From: an uncultured Candidatus Saccharibacteria bacterium
GTDB lineage: Bacteria; Patescibacteriota; UBA1384; XYA2-FULL-43-10; 1-14-0-10-43-13
Direction: 5' to 3'
Length of the DNA: 32,000 bases
NCBI GenBank assembly: GCA_964543385.1
Contig: CAZIYE010000001.1
Location: forward strand, 600,001 to 632,000
Positions within the stretch are counted from its first letter, which is position 1. Every line of letters begins with the position of its first letter. Shown here piece after piece: positions 9,307 to 16,905 of this stretch. The notes below the pieces were generated by a model. The model worked only from the letters and a program-made list of their open reading frames with translations, did no database searches and was not told the origin of the DNA. Made by a program: the position numbers and the translations under genes.

Positions 9307-10647
9307 ATGGACGGACTTCAAGATGATATCCCGCTTGAAAATGATGCTAAGAGGAGCAAAGGCTTAAGACCATTTTGGTTTTGGACAGCCATAATCTGTT
9401 TTACTGTTGCTAATTATGTTCTATTCTATTTTTTCGCAAAATATCTCGTTCTATGGTTAATCGAAAAAATAGGATTAGTAGGCATTCTGTATATTGGTTA
9501 CTATGGAATATATCCTCTTTTAATTATATCCGCATTAACTGCATTTGCTACCTGGATTACCCTTAAAAAAAACTTTGTGGGTAAAAGGGCTGCCTATCTG
9601 TTGTTAGTTATCTATCTATCCATCTCATGCTATGCCATTTCTTACGCACATATTGCATTGGCCAATTATCACAACCGTTTAATTGTGAAGCAAAAAGTAT
9701 CTAAGTCTGTGCAGACCTATGGAGAGCACAAGATTACTAGTAATAGACAAGTTGTGAATACGGGCAACGCCAGTATTCAATCTTCATTATCGTCAAGTGG
9801 TATTTTTTCATGGGTTGGCCATGATGACACCGAACTAGAGAAAGGAAATGTAGATAACTTAGTCACTCTTACTATTGACGGTGACAAATATAATAAAGAG
9901 AAAATCATACAAAATGCTTCATCTGCAGTTATGTCTACGCAAAATAAGGTTTATTTTGTTAAAAATGATTTATTTGAGTATGATCTTAGAGCTAAAATCC
10001 AAAAGACTATTCTCTCAAATGTAGGGGACATCAAAAGTGAATATCAAGGAAGAATAGTATTGACTTATGGGGGCGTACTTTCTGTTTATGACACTGAGAC
10101 GGGGAGACTGAATGATATTTCAGCAGCTACGGCAGATCTCCTATCCGACAATGTCTTCTATGCTGGAAAGTATATTCACACAAAGGAACCGATTGGTCTA
10201 GACATAAGGCTAAGAAGATTTGACATTATCAGCCAAGTCAAAAAAGATGTTATAACAATTGAGAATGGCAAGCATCTTAATATGATAGCCTCAAATGATG
10301 ATTATAGTGTATATACTATTACCGATATAAATGGGACAAAATCAACATTTACTATAATCAGTAATGGTGATAACGCAGTAACATTTTCCGAAGAAGTTTC
10401 CGGCACTCCTAACTATCATGCGAAGGCTAAATTTATCGATAATATTTTGTATGTGACTGTCAGGGATGATAGTGACGGCAATAAATATAATATTGTAAAA
10501 ATTGATCCAAAAACATCGCAAAAGGATATGGTATTTCACCTGTCTGACAATGGGGCAGGAAGAGAAGACTGGGATACAGATGGCCAATACCTAATTTATT
10601 CTACTGGACTTTACGGAGATCTGATTCTAAGTCCAATCGATAAATAA
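9307..10647 (+). CDS. Hypothetical membrane-anchored protein (about 4 N-terminal TM helices plus ~300-aa beta-rich, propeller-like C-terminal domain)
   Basis: Long ORF with an AAGGA RBS. The N-terminus is hydrophobic. The C-terminal half has recurring beta-strand-like motifs (KVYFVKNDLFEYDL, LSVYDTETGRL, NILYVTVRDDSDGNKYNIVKIDPKT). I recognise no catalytic motif. Confidence 0.6.
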   Translation: MDGLQDDIPLENDAKRSKGLRPFWFWTAIICFTVANYVLFYFFAKYLVLWLIEKIGLVGILYIGYYGIYPLLIISALTAFATWITLKKNFVGKRAAYLLLVIYLSISCYAISYAHIALANYHNRLIVKQKVSKSVQTYGEHKITSNRQVVNTGNASIQSSLSSSGIFSWVGHDDTELEKGNVDNLVTLTIDGDKYNKEKIIQNASSAVMSTQNKVYFVKNDLFEYDLRAKIQKTILSNVGDIKSEYQGRIVLTYGGVLSVYDTETGRLNDISAATADLLSDNVFYAGKYIHTKEPIGLDIRLRRFDIISQVKKDVITIENGKHLNMIASNDDYSVYTITDINGTKSTFTIISNGDNAVTFSEEVSGTPNYHAKAKFIDNILYVTVRDDSDGNKYNIVKIDPKTSQKDMVFHLSDNGAGREDWDTDGQYLIYSTGLYGDLILSPIDK

Positions 10648-10704
10648 CAATTTATTTTCCATAAGTTAAATATTGATCTACGGCCAGAACACTCTTTGTC
10701 AGAG

Positions 10705-10746
10705 AAAAAAATAACTCCCTGCTGTAATTGCGGAGAGTTATTTTTA
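10705..10746. terminator. Bidirectional hairpin terminator between convergent genes
   Basis: ATAACTCCCTGC (10711-10722) pairs with GCGGAGAGTTAT (10730-10741), with 1 mismatch and 1 G-U. It is flanked by an A-run 5' and a T5 run 3'. Confidence 0.6.
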
Positions 10747-10762
10747 TATAGAAGCTAGTAGG

Positions 10763-11305
10763 TTAGGATTTTCTCATAAACCTATTTTTCAATCCCTGAA
10801 TAGACAGAGCAAGAACACCGCCTGCAAGTGCAGTATAGAGCTGAATCATACCCATCGAAATGGCAAATGGCTTTGGTAGTACATGAAGCTTGATCAATAT
10901 TATGGCTATTGAATATAGAAAAGCCATTTTTAATACAGCGCCGATTATCAATCCCAGCCATTTATATTTTGCACCACGGATAGAATAACCGAGGATAAGA
11001 TTTCCGAGCCAAATAAAGGGGACCATGTAAACAAGGAATATCGAGAGTGGGCCGAAAACTAATCCCCTAGAAAGGACTCCAATGCTTGGCAGTAATAGGA
11101 TTGGCAGTATCTGCCAATTTTTCAAATTTAATGCAGCAAGAACTATAGTGGCATTAACTAATATGCCGACAAGAAGCTGTGGGTGACCAAGTGAGAAGGG
11201 AATCATCAGGGCGGCAACTGATATAATCAGGAACTCTGCTATCTCTCTTGTTTTTACAATTTTCTGACTCTGTGTTTCTAACGCTACTGCTTTTATTTTT
11301 TCCAT
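10763..11305 (-). CDS. Integral membrane protein (5-6 TM), function unknown
   Basis: Hydrophobic throughout. The track starts it at the TTG at 11317. The ATG at 11305 is preceded by GGAG with a 6-nt spacer, so it is preferred. Confidence 0.6.
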   Translation of the reverse strand: MEKIKAVALETQSQKIVKTREIAEFLIISVAALMIPFSLGHPQLLVGILVNATIVLAALNLKNWQILPILLLPSIGVLSRGLVFGPLSIFLVYMVPFIWLGNLILGYSIRGAKYKWLGLIIGAVLKMAFLYSIAIILIKLHVLPKPFAISMGMIQLYTALAGGVLALSIQGLKNRFMRKS

Positions 11306-11328
11306 CGAATACTCCAATTAAATATTTC

Positions 11329-11943
11329 TTATCCTTTTAATTTCTTATAAATGAGAGCATCCGCCACCATGGATGTTGGTATTGTTGCAAAAAGGCCAAT
11401 GCCTAGCGCCAAGGCTCCCAAAAGGTTCATTCCGATCAAAGTGAGACCGAAAAGAAAGAGTTGCCACTTTTTCCCTTTAGTTATCCGGCTGCTCTCTTTC
11501 ATGGCGTCTATTGGATTCATTTGTTTATCAATAACTAAATATGGAGCCATAGAAAATTGAATAGCCCAGATGACACCTGGCACTACGAGTAGAACAAGCC
11601 CCGCCATAACTATTAAACTTATTAGAATAGAAAGAACTAAAAAGCTTAGATAATGAGTTGTAGTACCCTTTAAGCTATCCAATGAGAGCTTTTTGTTGTT
11701 AGCAGCGTCTAATGATATCTTTGCCGATGCTAATGTTACAAGTGTAGAGAGAAGCAACCCTATAATCACAAAAATACTTGTTGCAGGGTCCCCAATAGGC
11801 ATCTTTCTTGCAGAGGGATCTATGCCTTGAAGTATGGCAGCTACAATCATGAAGATAACAAAAAACCAAAAATTTTTCTTCATGATTCCCCAACCTGAAG
11901 AAATTACCTCTTTTATAGAAAAACTTTTCTCGCCCATAAACAT
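11329..11943 (-). CDS. Integral membrane protein (multi-TM, DUF975/UPF0259-like appearance)
   Basis: Opens with FSIKEVISSGWGIMKKNFWFFVIFMIV followed by several TM segments. The second ATG at 11937 has better SD spacing (AAAGG plus 6 nt). Confidence 0.6.
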   Translation of the reverse strand: MFMGEKSFSIKEVISSGWGIMKKNFWFFVIFMIVAAILQGIDPSARKMPIGDPATSIFVIIGLLLSTLVTLASAKISLDAANNKKLSLDSLKGTTTHYLSFLVLSILISLIVMAGLVLLVVPGVIWAIQFSMAPYLVIDKQMNPIDAMKESSRITKGKKWQLFLFGLTLIGMNLLGALALGIGLFATIPTSMVADALIYKKLKG

Positions 11944-12004
11944 CCTTTTTTATTTTAATTTATTATATTTTAATAATATTATAATTTAATTAACAATACT
12001 ATCT

Positions 12005-12871
12005 CTATTTAAGAGATAGTAGGATAATACCTGCCACGATAAGTGCGATAGCAAAATATTGTTTTGGCGACAATTTTTCCTTGTATACAAACCAGCCATA
12101 GATACAAACTACCAAAGGACTTGCAGCTGCTATTGCTGTCATAACGCTGAGAGAATATATCTTTATTCCCTGGTAGTATGATAATACTCCCAGAACAGAC
12201 AAAACAGCGATTATTAACACTGGTTTAATATTATTGTATGACGGTTTATCAACTTTCTCCTTACCTATTAGCATAATAATAAAAACTATTATAAGCATGA
12301 TCGTCTCTTCTAAATACGTTGTAAGTACGGCTCCCATTTCCATTACTGGTATTCTGATAAGAAAAAAATAAATTCCCCAGCCAATTGCTGCCAATATCGC
12401 GTAATAAATCCCGCTGGATTTTTGAAAAAGATGCGAATTTTTAAAATCTCTAAAATTTATTGATATCAAAAATATACCGCAGATGATGATTGTGATAGAG
12501 ATAATTTCAACCATTGAAAGACGGTCCTTGTAAACAGCCATAGCCAGGAAGGTTGTAAATATTGTGTAAATAGATGAAACAGGGCTGACTATACCAACTT
12601 TCCCTAAATCCATTCCTTTATAAAAAAAGTATAGAGGCCAGTAGCCAATAAACGAGATGGCAACAGTGATGAGAGTATATTTGAGGGAAAAGTTTGTAAA
12701 TTGCCCAGTGAACATAACAACAAAAAATAGAATAATAGACATGAAAACGCCGCGCCAAAACATAAGTTTATTTGGTCCAAAACTCTTTATGGGAACCTTT
12801 GAAATTGCGTTTCCAATGCCCATGAATATCAGGGAAGATATTCCGAGCAATAATCCTAGCTGACTATTCAT
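12005..12871 (-). CDS. DMT-superfamily (EamA-type) transporter
   Basis: About 10 TM helices arranged as two EamA-like halves. Its ATG abuts the stop of the upstream HD gene (TAA then ATG, no gap). Confidence 0.8.
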   Translation of the reverse strand: MNSQLGLLLGISSLIFMGIGNAISKVPIKSFGPNKLMFWRGVFMSIILFFVVMFTGQFTNFSLKYTLITVAISFIGYWPLYFFYKGMDLGKVGIVSPVSSIYTIFTTFLAMAVYKDRLSMVEIISITIIICGIFLISINFRDFKNSHLFQKSSGIYYAILAAIGWGIYFFLIRIPVMEMGAVLTTYLEETIMLIIVFIIMLIGKEKVDKPSYNNIKPVLIIAVLSVLGVLSYYQGIKIYSLSVMTAIAAASPLVVCIYGWFVYKEKLSPKQYFAIALIVAGIILLSLK

Positions 12872-13504
12872 TTATTTCTTGTTATCGATATTAATGTCAT
12901 ATTCTTTTTTCCATTCCCAGCCATGCTTTGCAAATTCTGGTTTCAGGCGTTCCTGCAGCTCTTGTAACATTGGGATTAACTCTGGAAATTTTTGTACTGC
13001 TTTATTAGGGTATGGAGCGATCAGTTCCGGATGGTCGAAACATTTATGACCTTTGCACAACATATGGTTTATACCTTCAATTTTATCTAGAGCTTTGACG
13101 AACCTAGCCTCTTTAGTCTTTGCTTCATCATATTCACGCCAGAGTTCGGCTAATTCTTGACCGCTTGATGCTGGAGCGATTTCTCTAATTTTTGTTATTG
13201 CATCAACCTCTAGGTCATGTTTTTCTTCTGGCGACTTAATACCAAAGGCAATCAAGGAGTAATCAGTATCACCGGCTAATGCTTCAACCAAGTCATGAAC
13301 AAGGGCTATTTTAACAGACTTTAGGACGTCGACGTTGAGCTTCATCTCATTGGCTGTAATAAAGGTTAGAAGGGCCAAATTCCAAGAGTGGTCGGCGCTG
13401 GACTCTTTCTTTTTCATCTCCTTGGTATGTAAAAAACGTTTTGTGGTCTTTAGTTTTTCAGATATTTCCAGAAGATCAAATAATTGTTTTATTTCCTGTG
13501 TCAT
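12872..13504 (-). CDS. HD-domain phosphohydrolase, YfbR-type (5'-deoxynucleotidase-like)
   Basis: ESSADHSWNLALL ... ALVHDLVEALAGD ... EYDEAKTKEARFVKALDKIE is the H...HD...D pattern of the HD_3/YfbR family. Confidence 0.8.
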   Translation of the reverse strand: MTQEIKQLFDLLEISEKLKTTKRFLHTKEMKKKESSADHSWNLALLTFITANEMKLNVDVLKSVKIALVHDLVEALAGDTDYSLIAFGIKSPEEKHDLEVDAITKIREIAPASSGQELAELWREYDEAKTKEARFVKALDKIEGINHMLCKGHKCFDHPELIAPYPNKAVQKFPELIPMLQELQERLKPEFAKHGWEWKKEYDINIDNKK

Positions 13505-13571
13505 TTGTTCTTAATATAACACAAAAATAGAGGAGTAAAAATAAAACTCTATTTTTCTTAGAACAAAAATG

Positions 13572-13603
13572 AAAAAAACGAAACCTTCCGCAGAAGCGGT
13601 TCT
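13572..13603 (-). terminator. Putative intrinsic terminator closing the long operon
   Basis: The minus strand reads GAACCGCTTCTGCGGAAGGTTTCG followed by T7. GAACC/GGTT(T)C and CCGC/GCGG pairings are possible. Stem quality is moderate. Confidence 0.45.
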
Positions 13604-13627
13604 GGTGTTTGCTGTTATGCTAGATGG

Positions 13628-13662
13628 CGGCGATGGGGGAGCATGATTGCCCTCCCATCGCC
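13628..13662 (-). other. GC-rich inverted repeat (stable RNA hairpin) in the 3' region of the zinc-ribbon gene transcript
   Basis: GGCGATGGG (13628-13636) and CCCATCGCC (13654-13662) form a perfect 9-bp pairing, with partial extension. No T-run follows on either strand. Confidence 0.5.
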
Positions 13663-13670
13663 TGATAGAA

Positions 13671-13847
13671 TCATGCAGTCACCTGCAGTGGCACATTCTG
13701 CGAGTAGGTCTTTGGAAGACCATGACCATCGCATATTGGGCAAGTGATGTCTCTTGCATCGAATACGTTCCCGCATTCTTCGCAGAGCTTATCGCCAGTC
13801 CCAACAGTTTGCTGACGGTTGTCAGCATCGGTGTCCATATTAGGCAT
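13671..13847 (-). CDS. Small zinc-ribbon protein, 58 aa (not in the supplied ORF track)
   Basis: GGAGG (13853-13857) lies 5 nt upstream of the ATG at 13847. My translation is MPNMDTDADNRQQTVGTGDKLCEECGNVFDARDITCPICDGHGLPKTYSQNVPLQVTA, with a TGA stop at 13671-13673. It carries CxxC-x10-CxxC. TATAAT lies on the minus strand at 13896-13901. The antisense track ORF 13647..13907 has a TTG start and no motif. Confidence 0.6.
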   Translation of the reverse strand: MPNMDTDADNRQQTVGTGDKLCEECGNVFDARDITCPICDGHGLPKTYSQNVPLQVTA

Positions 13848-13945
13848 GATGACCTCCTTCTGGTCTTCTCAAGCGCAACAGCTCAAATTCTCAAAATTAT
13901 AACGTAAAAAAGACTACCAGTATACAGTCAAAACTGTGGATAATG

Positions 13946-14263
13946 CTAAGAGTGCTTCTCGTTTATATTTTCCCAGTTCCAGTCTCTATTTTTATTCAAT
14001 TCCATCTTTTGTAATATTGCTTTTTCAACATCAATATTGAGAGCTGTGGCCAGATGGAGAGTCCGCTGAATTACATCACCTAATTCCTCTGCAAAACCAT
14101 CCTTGCCGTCAATGTTATTATGTCGGTATGCCTCATAAGCCTCTGAAACTTCCGAGTGGATCAAGGCAATCTTTTCAGCCACATTAATATCTTTTGGGTT
14201 TGTACCGAACCCCTTTTCTTTTGCTTGAATTAAAATTTTATTTTGCAACTCTTTAATTTCCAT
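13946..14263 (-). CDS. MazG-like nucleoside triphosphate pyrophosphohydrolase (single-domain, 105 aa)
   Basis: IHSEVSEAYEA (ExxE) and EELGDVIQRTLHLA (ExxD) match the all-alpha NTP-PPase metal motifs. Its ATG shares one base with the upstream stop (TAATG). Confidence 0.8.
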   Translation of the reverse strand: MEIKELQNKILIQAKEKGFGTNPKDINVAEKIALIHSEVSEAYEAYRHNNIDGKDGFAEELGDVIQRTLHLATALNIDVEKAILQKMELNKNRDWNWENINEKHS

Positions 14264-14805
14264 TAGAACCTTAACTCCTTAAATGAATGTAGATCGATCC
14301 CATAGCGTTTATAGATTGCGATCGTGCCTATATGGCCGGCATCCTTATTTTCTAACCCTAAGATCTTTAAGCCATTTTTTACTTCGGCTTCACTTTTTCC
14401 TTCGATCTCCATAATTGGCGGAATTTTGGGCCAAGTGTCAAAGACAAATTCCATATTGAGATATCTAAATTTGTGCCTTCTATTTTCCTGATAATATTTG
14501 CCTTTAAACGGCACCTTGGAGAGTATTTGTGCAGTCCTGTCAAAGTCATCAACCTCGACCTCTATCTCCGAAGTATCACTCATGCCTTTACCAACTTTAT
14601 TTTTATAGGTAATAATTGGTTTTTTGTCTCCGGCTTGACGTAGACGAATCCATTCACCCATATGGATATCATTACACGGATCGATATCAAAAATCCAACG
14701 ATGCTGGAAAACCTCTGGTTCCTCAACAGCTCCCAATTTTCGTAATTTATCTTTTATTTCCTCGACATCAAGATCGAGGATCTGAGTTTCAAATTCTTTT
14801 TCCAT
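14263..14805 (-). CDS. CYTH-domain protein (triphosphate tunnel metalloenzyme / CyaB-like)
   Basis: N-terminal EFETQIL is an ExExK-like motif with Q in place of K. Also WIRLRQAGDKKPIITYK, EIEVEVDD, and FVFDTWPKIPPIMEIEG. Confidence 0.72.
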   Translation of the reverse strand: MEKEFETQILDLDVEEIKDKLRKLGAVEEPEVFQHRWIFDIDPCNDIHMGEWIRLRQAGDKKPIITYKNKVGKGMSDTSEIEVEVDDFDRTAQILSKVPFKGKYYQENRRHKFRYLNMEFVFDTWPKIPPIMEIEGKSEAEVKNGLKILGLENKDAGHIGTIAIYKRYGIDLHSFKELRF

Positions 14806-14808
14806 AAT

Positions 14809-15450
14809 TCATAAATATTCTTTTAGCTCTTCTAGTCTATCAATAATTATATCAGGCTCGTAAGGCAAGAACTCTTCTCTAGAGGCAAAACCGGTTGTTA
14901 CTGCACAAGATGAGACACCTGATTCTTTTGCTGCCAGTACATCGTTTACATGATCACCTATATACATGGCCTCTGATTTATTAACTCCAAGTTCATTAAT
15001 ACATTGGATAATTCTTTGAGCTTTGCTGTGTCCAGAATTTGTCTCATAAACAGCAGAGAATTGGATGTCACAATTATTTTTATTTTTTATGACATCATCA
15101 ATAATTTCTTTTGTGTTGCCAGAAACTATACAGAGTTTAATATTGTTTTCTTGCCATTCTTTTAGGAGATTACGGCTCTCCAAGGAGACATCTTTATAAT
15201 GTCTGGTGCAATTGTCAATCAATAAATATTCAATTTCTTCTGCTGACAGGGGCGTCTCATTTATCTTCTTTGCTTTATGGGAATTTATCTTAAATGTTGC
15301 TCCCCAAAGTTCACTTTCTGGAATATCGCCAAAGGAGATATTATGGAGATCGCGCAGTTCTTTTCTCGCTTTCCTTGAAATATCTTTTGAATCAATTAAT
15401 GTCAGATCGAAATCAAATATTAATGCTTTGATACAACTCTTGTTTAGCAT
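14809..15450 (-). CDS. HAD-superfamily phosphatase
   Basis: IFDFDLTLIDS (DxDxT), a later VSGN motif, and GDHVNDVLAAK (GDxxxD). I prefer the internal ATG at 15450 (MLNKSCIKALIFDFD) over the track start at 15534. It still overlaps the upstream gene by 38 nt. Confidence 0.8.
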   Translation of the reverse strand: MLNKSCIKALIFDFDLTLIDSKDISRKARKELRDLHNISFGDIPESELWGATFKINSHKAKKINETPLSAEEIEYLLIDNCTRHYKDVSLESRNLLKEWQENNIKLCIVSGNTKEIIDDVIKNKNNCDIQFSAVYETNSGHSKAQRIIQCINELGVNKSEAMYIGDHVNDVLAAKESGVSSCAVTTGFASREEFLPYEPDIIIDRLEELKEYL

Positions 15451-16486
15451 GGTTTGTCCCAAATTCTTTGATAAATAATATCCTATTATTTGCCAGTTGG
15501 TCAGATGGTGATGTTTCAATAATATCATAACCATTACTTATTAAGTAAGCGAGCATGGCACGGCGATTGTTCCTCGTTTTGATTTTGAGACTCTTGTAAC
15601 CTTGTCTTTTTGCATATGCTTCCAAGTGCCCCATTAAAAGTTTGAGCATCCCTAACCGTCGGTATTTTGGTATTACCCCTGCCATCCAGCAGTAATAAGA
15701 ACCGTCTTTATCACGGTCATAGGCTACGATGTATCCAGCCGGCTGGCTATCTTTATGGGCAACCAATATAATCTCGTTTTTGCCTACAAATCTATCTTCA
15801 AAGTAGCTGGAATTAAATTTATGATCAAGGTCTGGTATCTGATTTGAGAGTTTTACAATCTCGTCTACTGTGCCAATTTCAATTCTTCCTGGCATACCGT
15901 ACATTCCATTAGCTTCCTTCTCTGCTCTCTCATTCATCAGAATATCCATTATTTCTTTCATAACAGGCTCTATTTCCAGATGGGGTTTCGCATACTCAAT
16001 AGTCTCAGGAATAGTATCTCCTTCGCGAAACCAATGAACTTTCTCTGCAACATTATACTGTAGGGAATAAATAAGTTTATCCAATCCTTTCACTATCTTA
16101 GCCTCAATCGTTTTTCCATCCTCATACTCCTCCCATATCTCTCGCATTTCCTCCGATAAATCATTGGGCAATATCGGGAATATTTTGTCGGCAGATGCAA
16201 TTTCATTTCGCCTTTTTTGAGCTTTTTCTTCTGCTGTAGTAACCCAGTCATCGCCAGTGTATATCTCTACAAGATCATGGACCAGAGCTAATTTTATGGC
16301 TCTATTAATATCAAACTTATTTTGAAATTCCTTTTCTAGAACCAAAACCATCATGGCTAAATGCCAAGAGTGTTGAGTATCATCCTCAATGGTTTTCTTG
16401 TCTGAGAGGTAGGGAACCCGCTGGATCAATTTCAGTTTCTCAATCTCTCTGACAAAGTCCAAGATTTTATTCAGTCTTTTATTCAT
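15413..16486 (-). CDS. Fusion protein: N-terminal YfbR-type HD phosphohydrolase plus C-terminal GNAT acetyltransferase
   Basis: HD half: DDTQHSWHLAMMV ... ALVHDLVEIYTGD ... EYEDGKTIEAKIVKGLDKL. GNAT half: AGYIVAYDRD...WMAGVIPKYRRLGMLKLLMGHLEAYAKRQGYKSLKIKTRNNRRAMLAYLISNGYDI. I prefer the ATG at 16486; the track uses the TTG at 16495. Confidence 0.8.
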   Translation of the reverse strand: MNKRLNKILDFVREIEKLKLIQRVPYLSDKKTIEDDTQHSWHLAMMVLVLEKEFQNKFDINRAIKLALVHDLVEIYTGDDWVTTAEEKAQKRRNEIASADKIFPILPNDLSEEMREIWEEYEDGKTIEAKIVKGLDKLIYSLQYNVAEKVHWFREGDTIPETIEYAKPHLEIEPVMKEIMDILMNERAEKEANGMYGMPGRIEIGTVDEIVKLSNQIPDLDHKFNSSYFEDRFVGKNEIILVAHKDSQPAGYIVAYDRDKDGSYYCWMAGVIPKYRRLGMLKLLMGHLEAYAKRQGYKSLKIKTRNNRRAMLAYLISNGYDIIETSPSDQLANNRILFIKEFGTNHAKQELYQSINI

Positions 16487-16491
16487 TTTAT

Positions 16492-16905
16492 TCAAATTAT
16501 TTTCTCATCAATAAGCATCTGTTTGTGATCAAAAGCCAAATTCATATTTCTAATTTCAGACGGAAGAAACCAAACAAGCTCAGAAACTTCCCTCGGTTCT
16601 AGTATGAAATTATAATCTCTCAATTTGCATCGGTGGGGGAGGCATATTACAGTTTTTGTCGGATGACGTCCGATAGCGTCGTAATATTTACCAGTATATT
16701 CTATATCATATATTTCCTGACCGATCTCTTCTTGTACTTCACGTTTTAGAGCGTCTTCGACACTTTCGCCCCATTCTACCATGCCTGAAACAAGGCCCCA
16801 CATGTTCGGGTATGCTTTCGATGTTTCACTTCTTTTTATTAACAGAATCTTATCATCATCATTTTGGATAATTGCATCTACACCAATATAGGGGTGATCA
16901 TTCAT
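16492..16905 (-). CDS. NUDIX hydrolase
   Basis: Complete Nudix box GMVEWGESVEDALKREVQEEIGQ (Gx5Ex7REUxEExGU). TGA stop. It overlaps the upstream DMT gene by 8 nt. Confidence 0.87.
   Translation of the reverse strand: MNDHPYIGVDAIIQNDDDKILLIKRSETSKAYPNMWGLVSGMVEWGESVEDALKREVQEEIGQEIYDIEYTGKYYDAIGRHPTKTVICLPHRCKLRDYNFILEPREVSELVWFLPSEIRNMNLAFDHKQMLIDEKII

Noticed and set aside
10730-10738. GCGGAGAG shared between the terminator at 10.7 kb and the tRNA-Ser 3' end (27253-27260), considered as att-site remnants bounding an island
   Set aside because: An 8-nt match is expected by chance about once in a 32-kb window on two strands. No integrase is present and there is no longer flanking identity.
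13569-13646. 25-codon plus-strand ORF MKKTKPSAEAVLVFAVMLDGGDGGA (signal-peptide-like)
   Set aside because: It has no SD and runs opposite to all neighbouring genes. It is composed of the terminator and hairpin sequences of the minus-strand transcript.
13505-13670. GC-rich stretch considered as a structured RNA gene (SRP RNA, tmRNA, RNase P RNA, 6S)
   Set aside because: I could not find any diagnostic motif: no GGAAGCAGCC-type SRP helix-8 motif, no tRNA-like TTCGAATCC...CCA end, no RNase P GAGGAAAGTCC. A hairpin plus terminator explains it more simply. A covariance-model scan (Rfam) would be needed to be sure.
13647-13907. 86-aa plus-strand ORF in the HD-MazG gap
   Set aside because: It has a TTG start, no RBS and no recognisable motif. 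It is the antisense of a much better supported SD-led zinc-ribbon ORF on the operon strand.
14809-15534. Track start of the HAD gene at 15534 (MVMILLKHHHLTNWQ...), and TTG starts for ddl (23316), HD-GNAT (16495), rpoD (30397) and the membrane protein (11317)
   Set aside because: The extensions overlap upstream genes or lack homology-like sequence. Internal ATGs place the conserved N-terminal motifs (DxDxT, GGxSxE, and so on) at their usual distance and mostly have better SD context.
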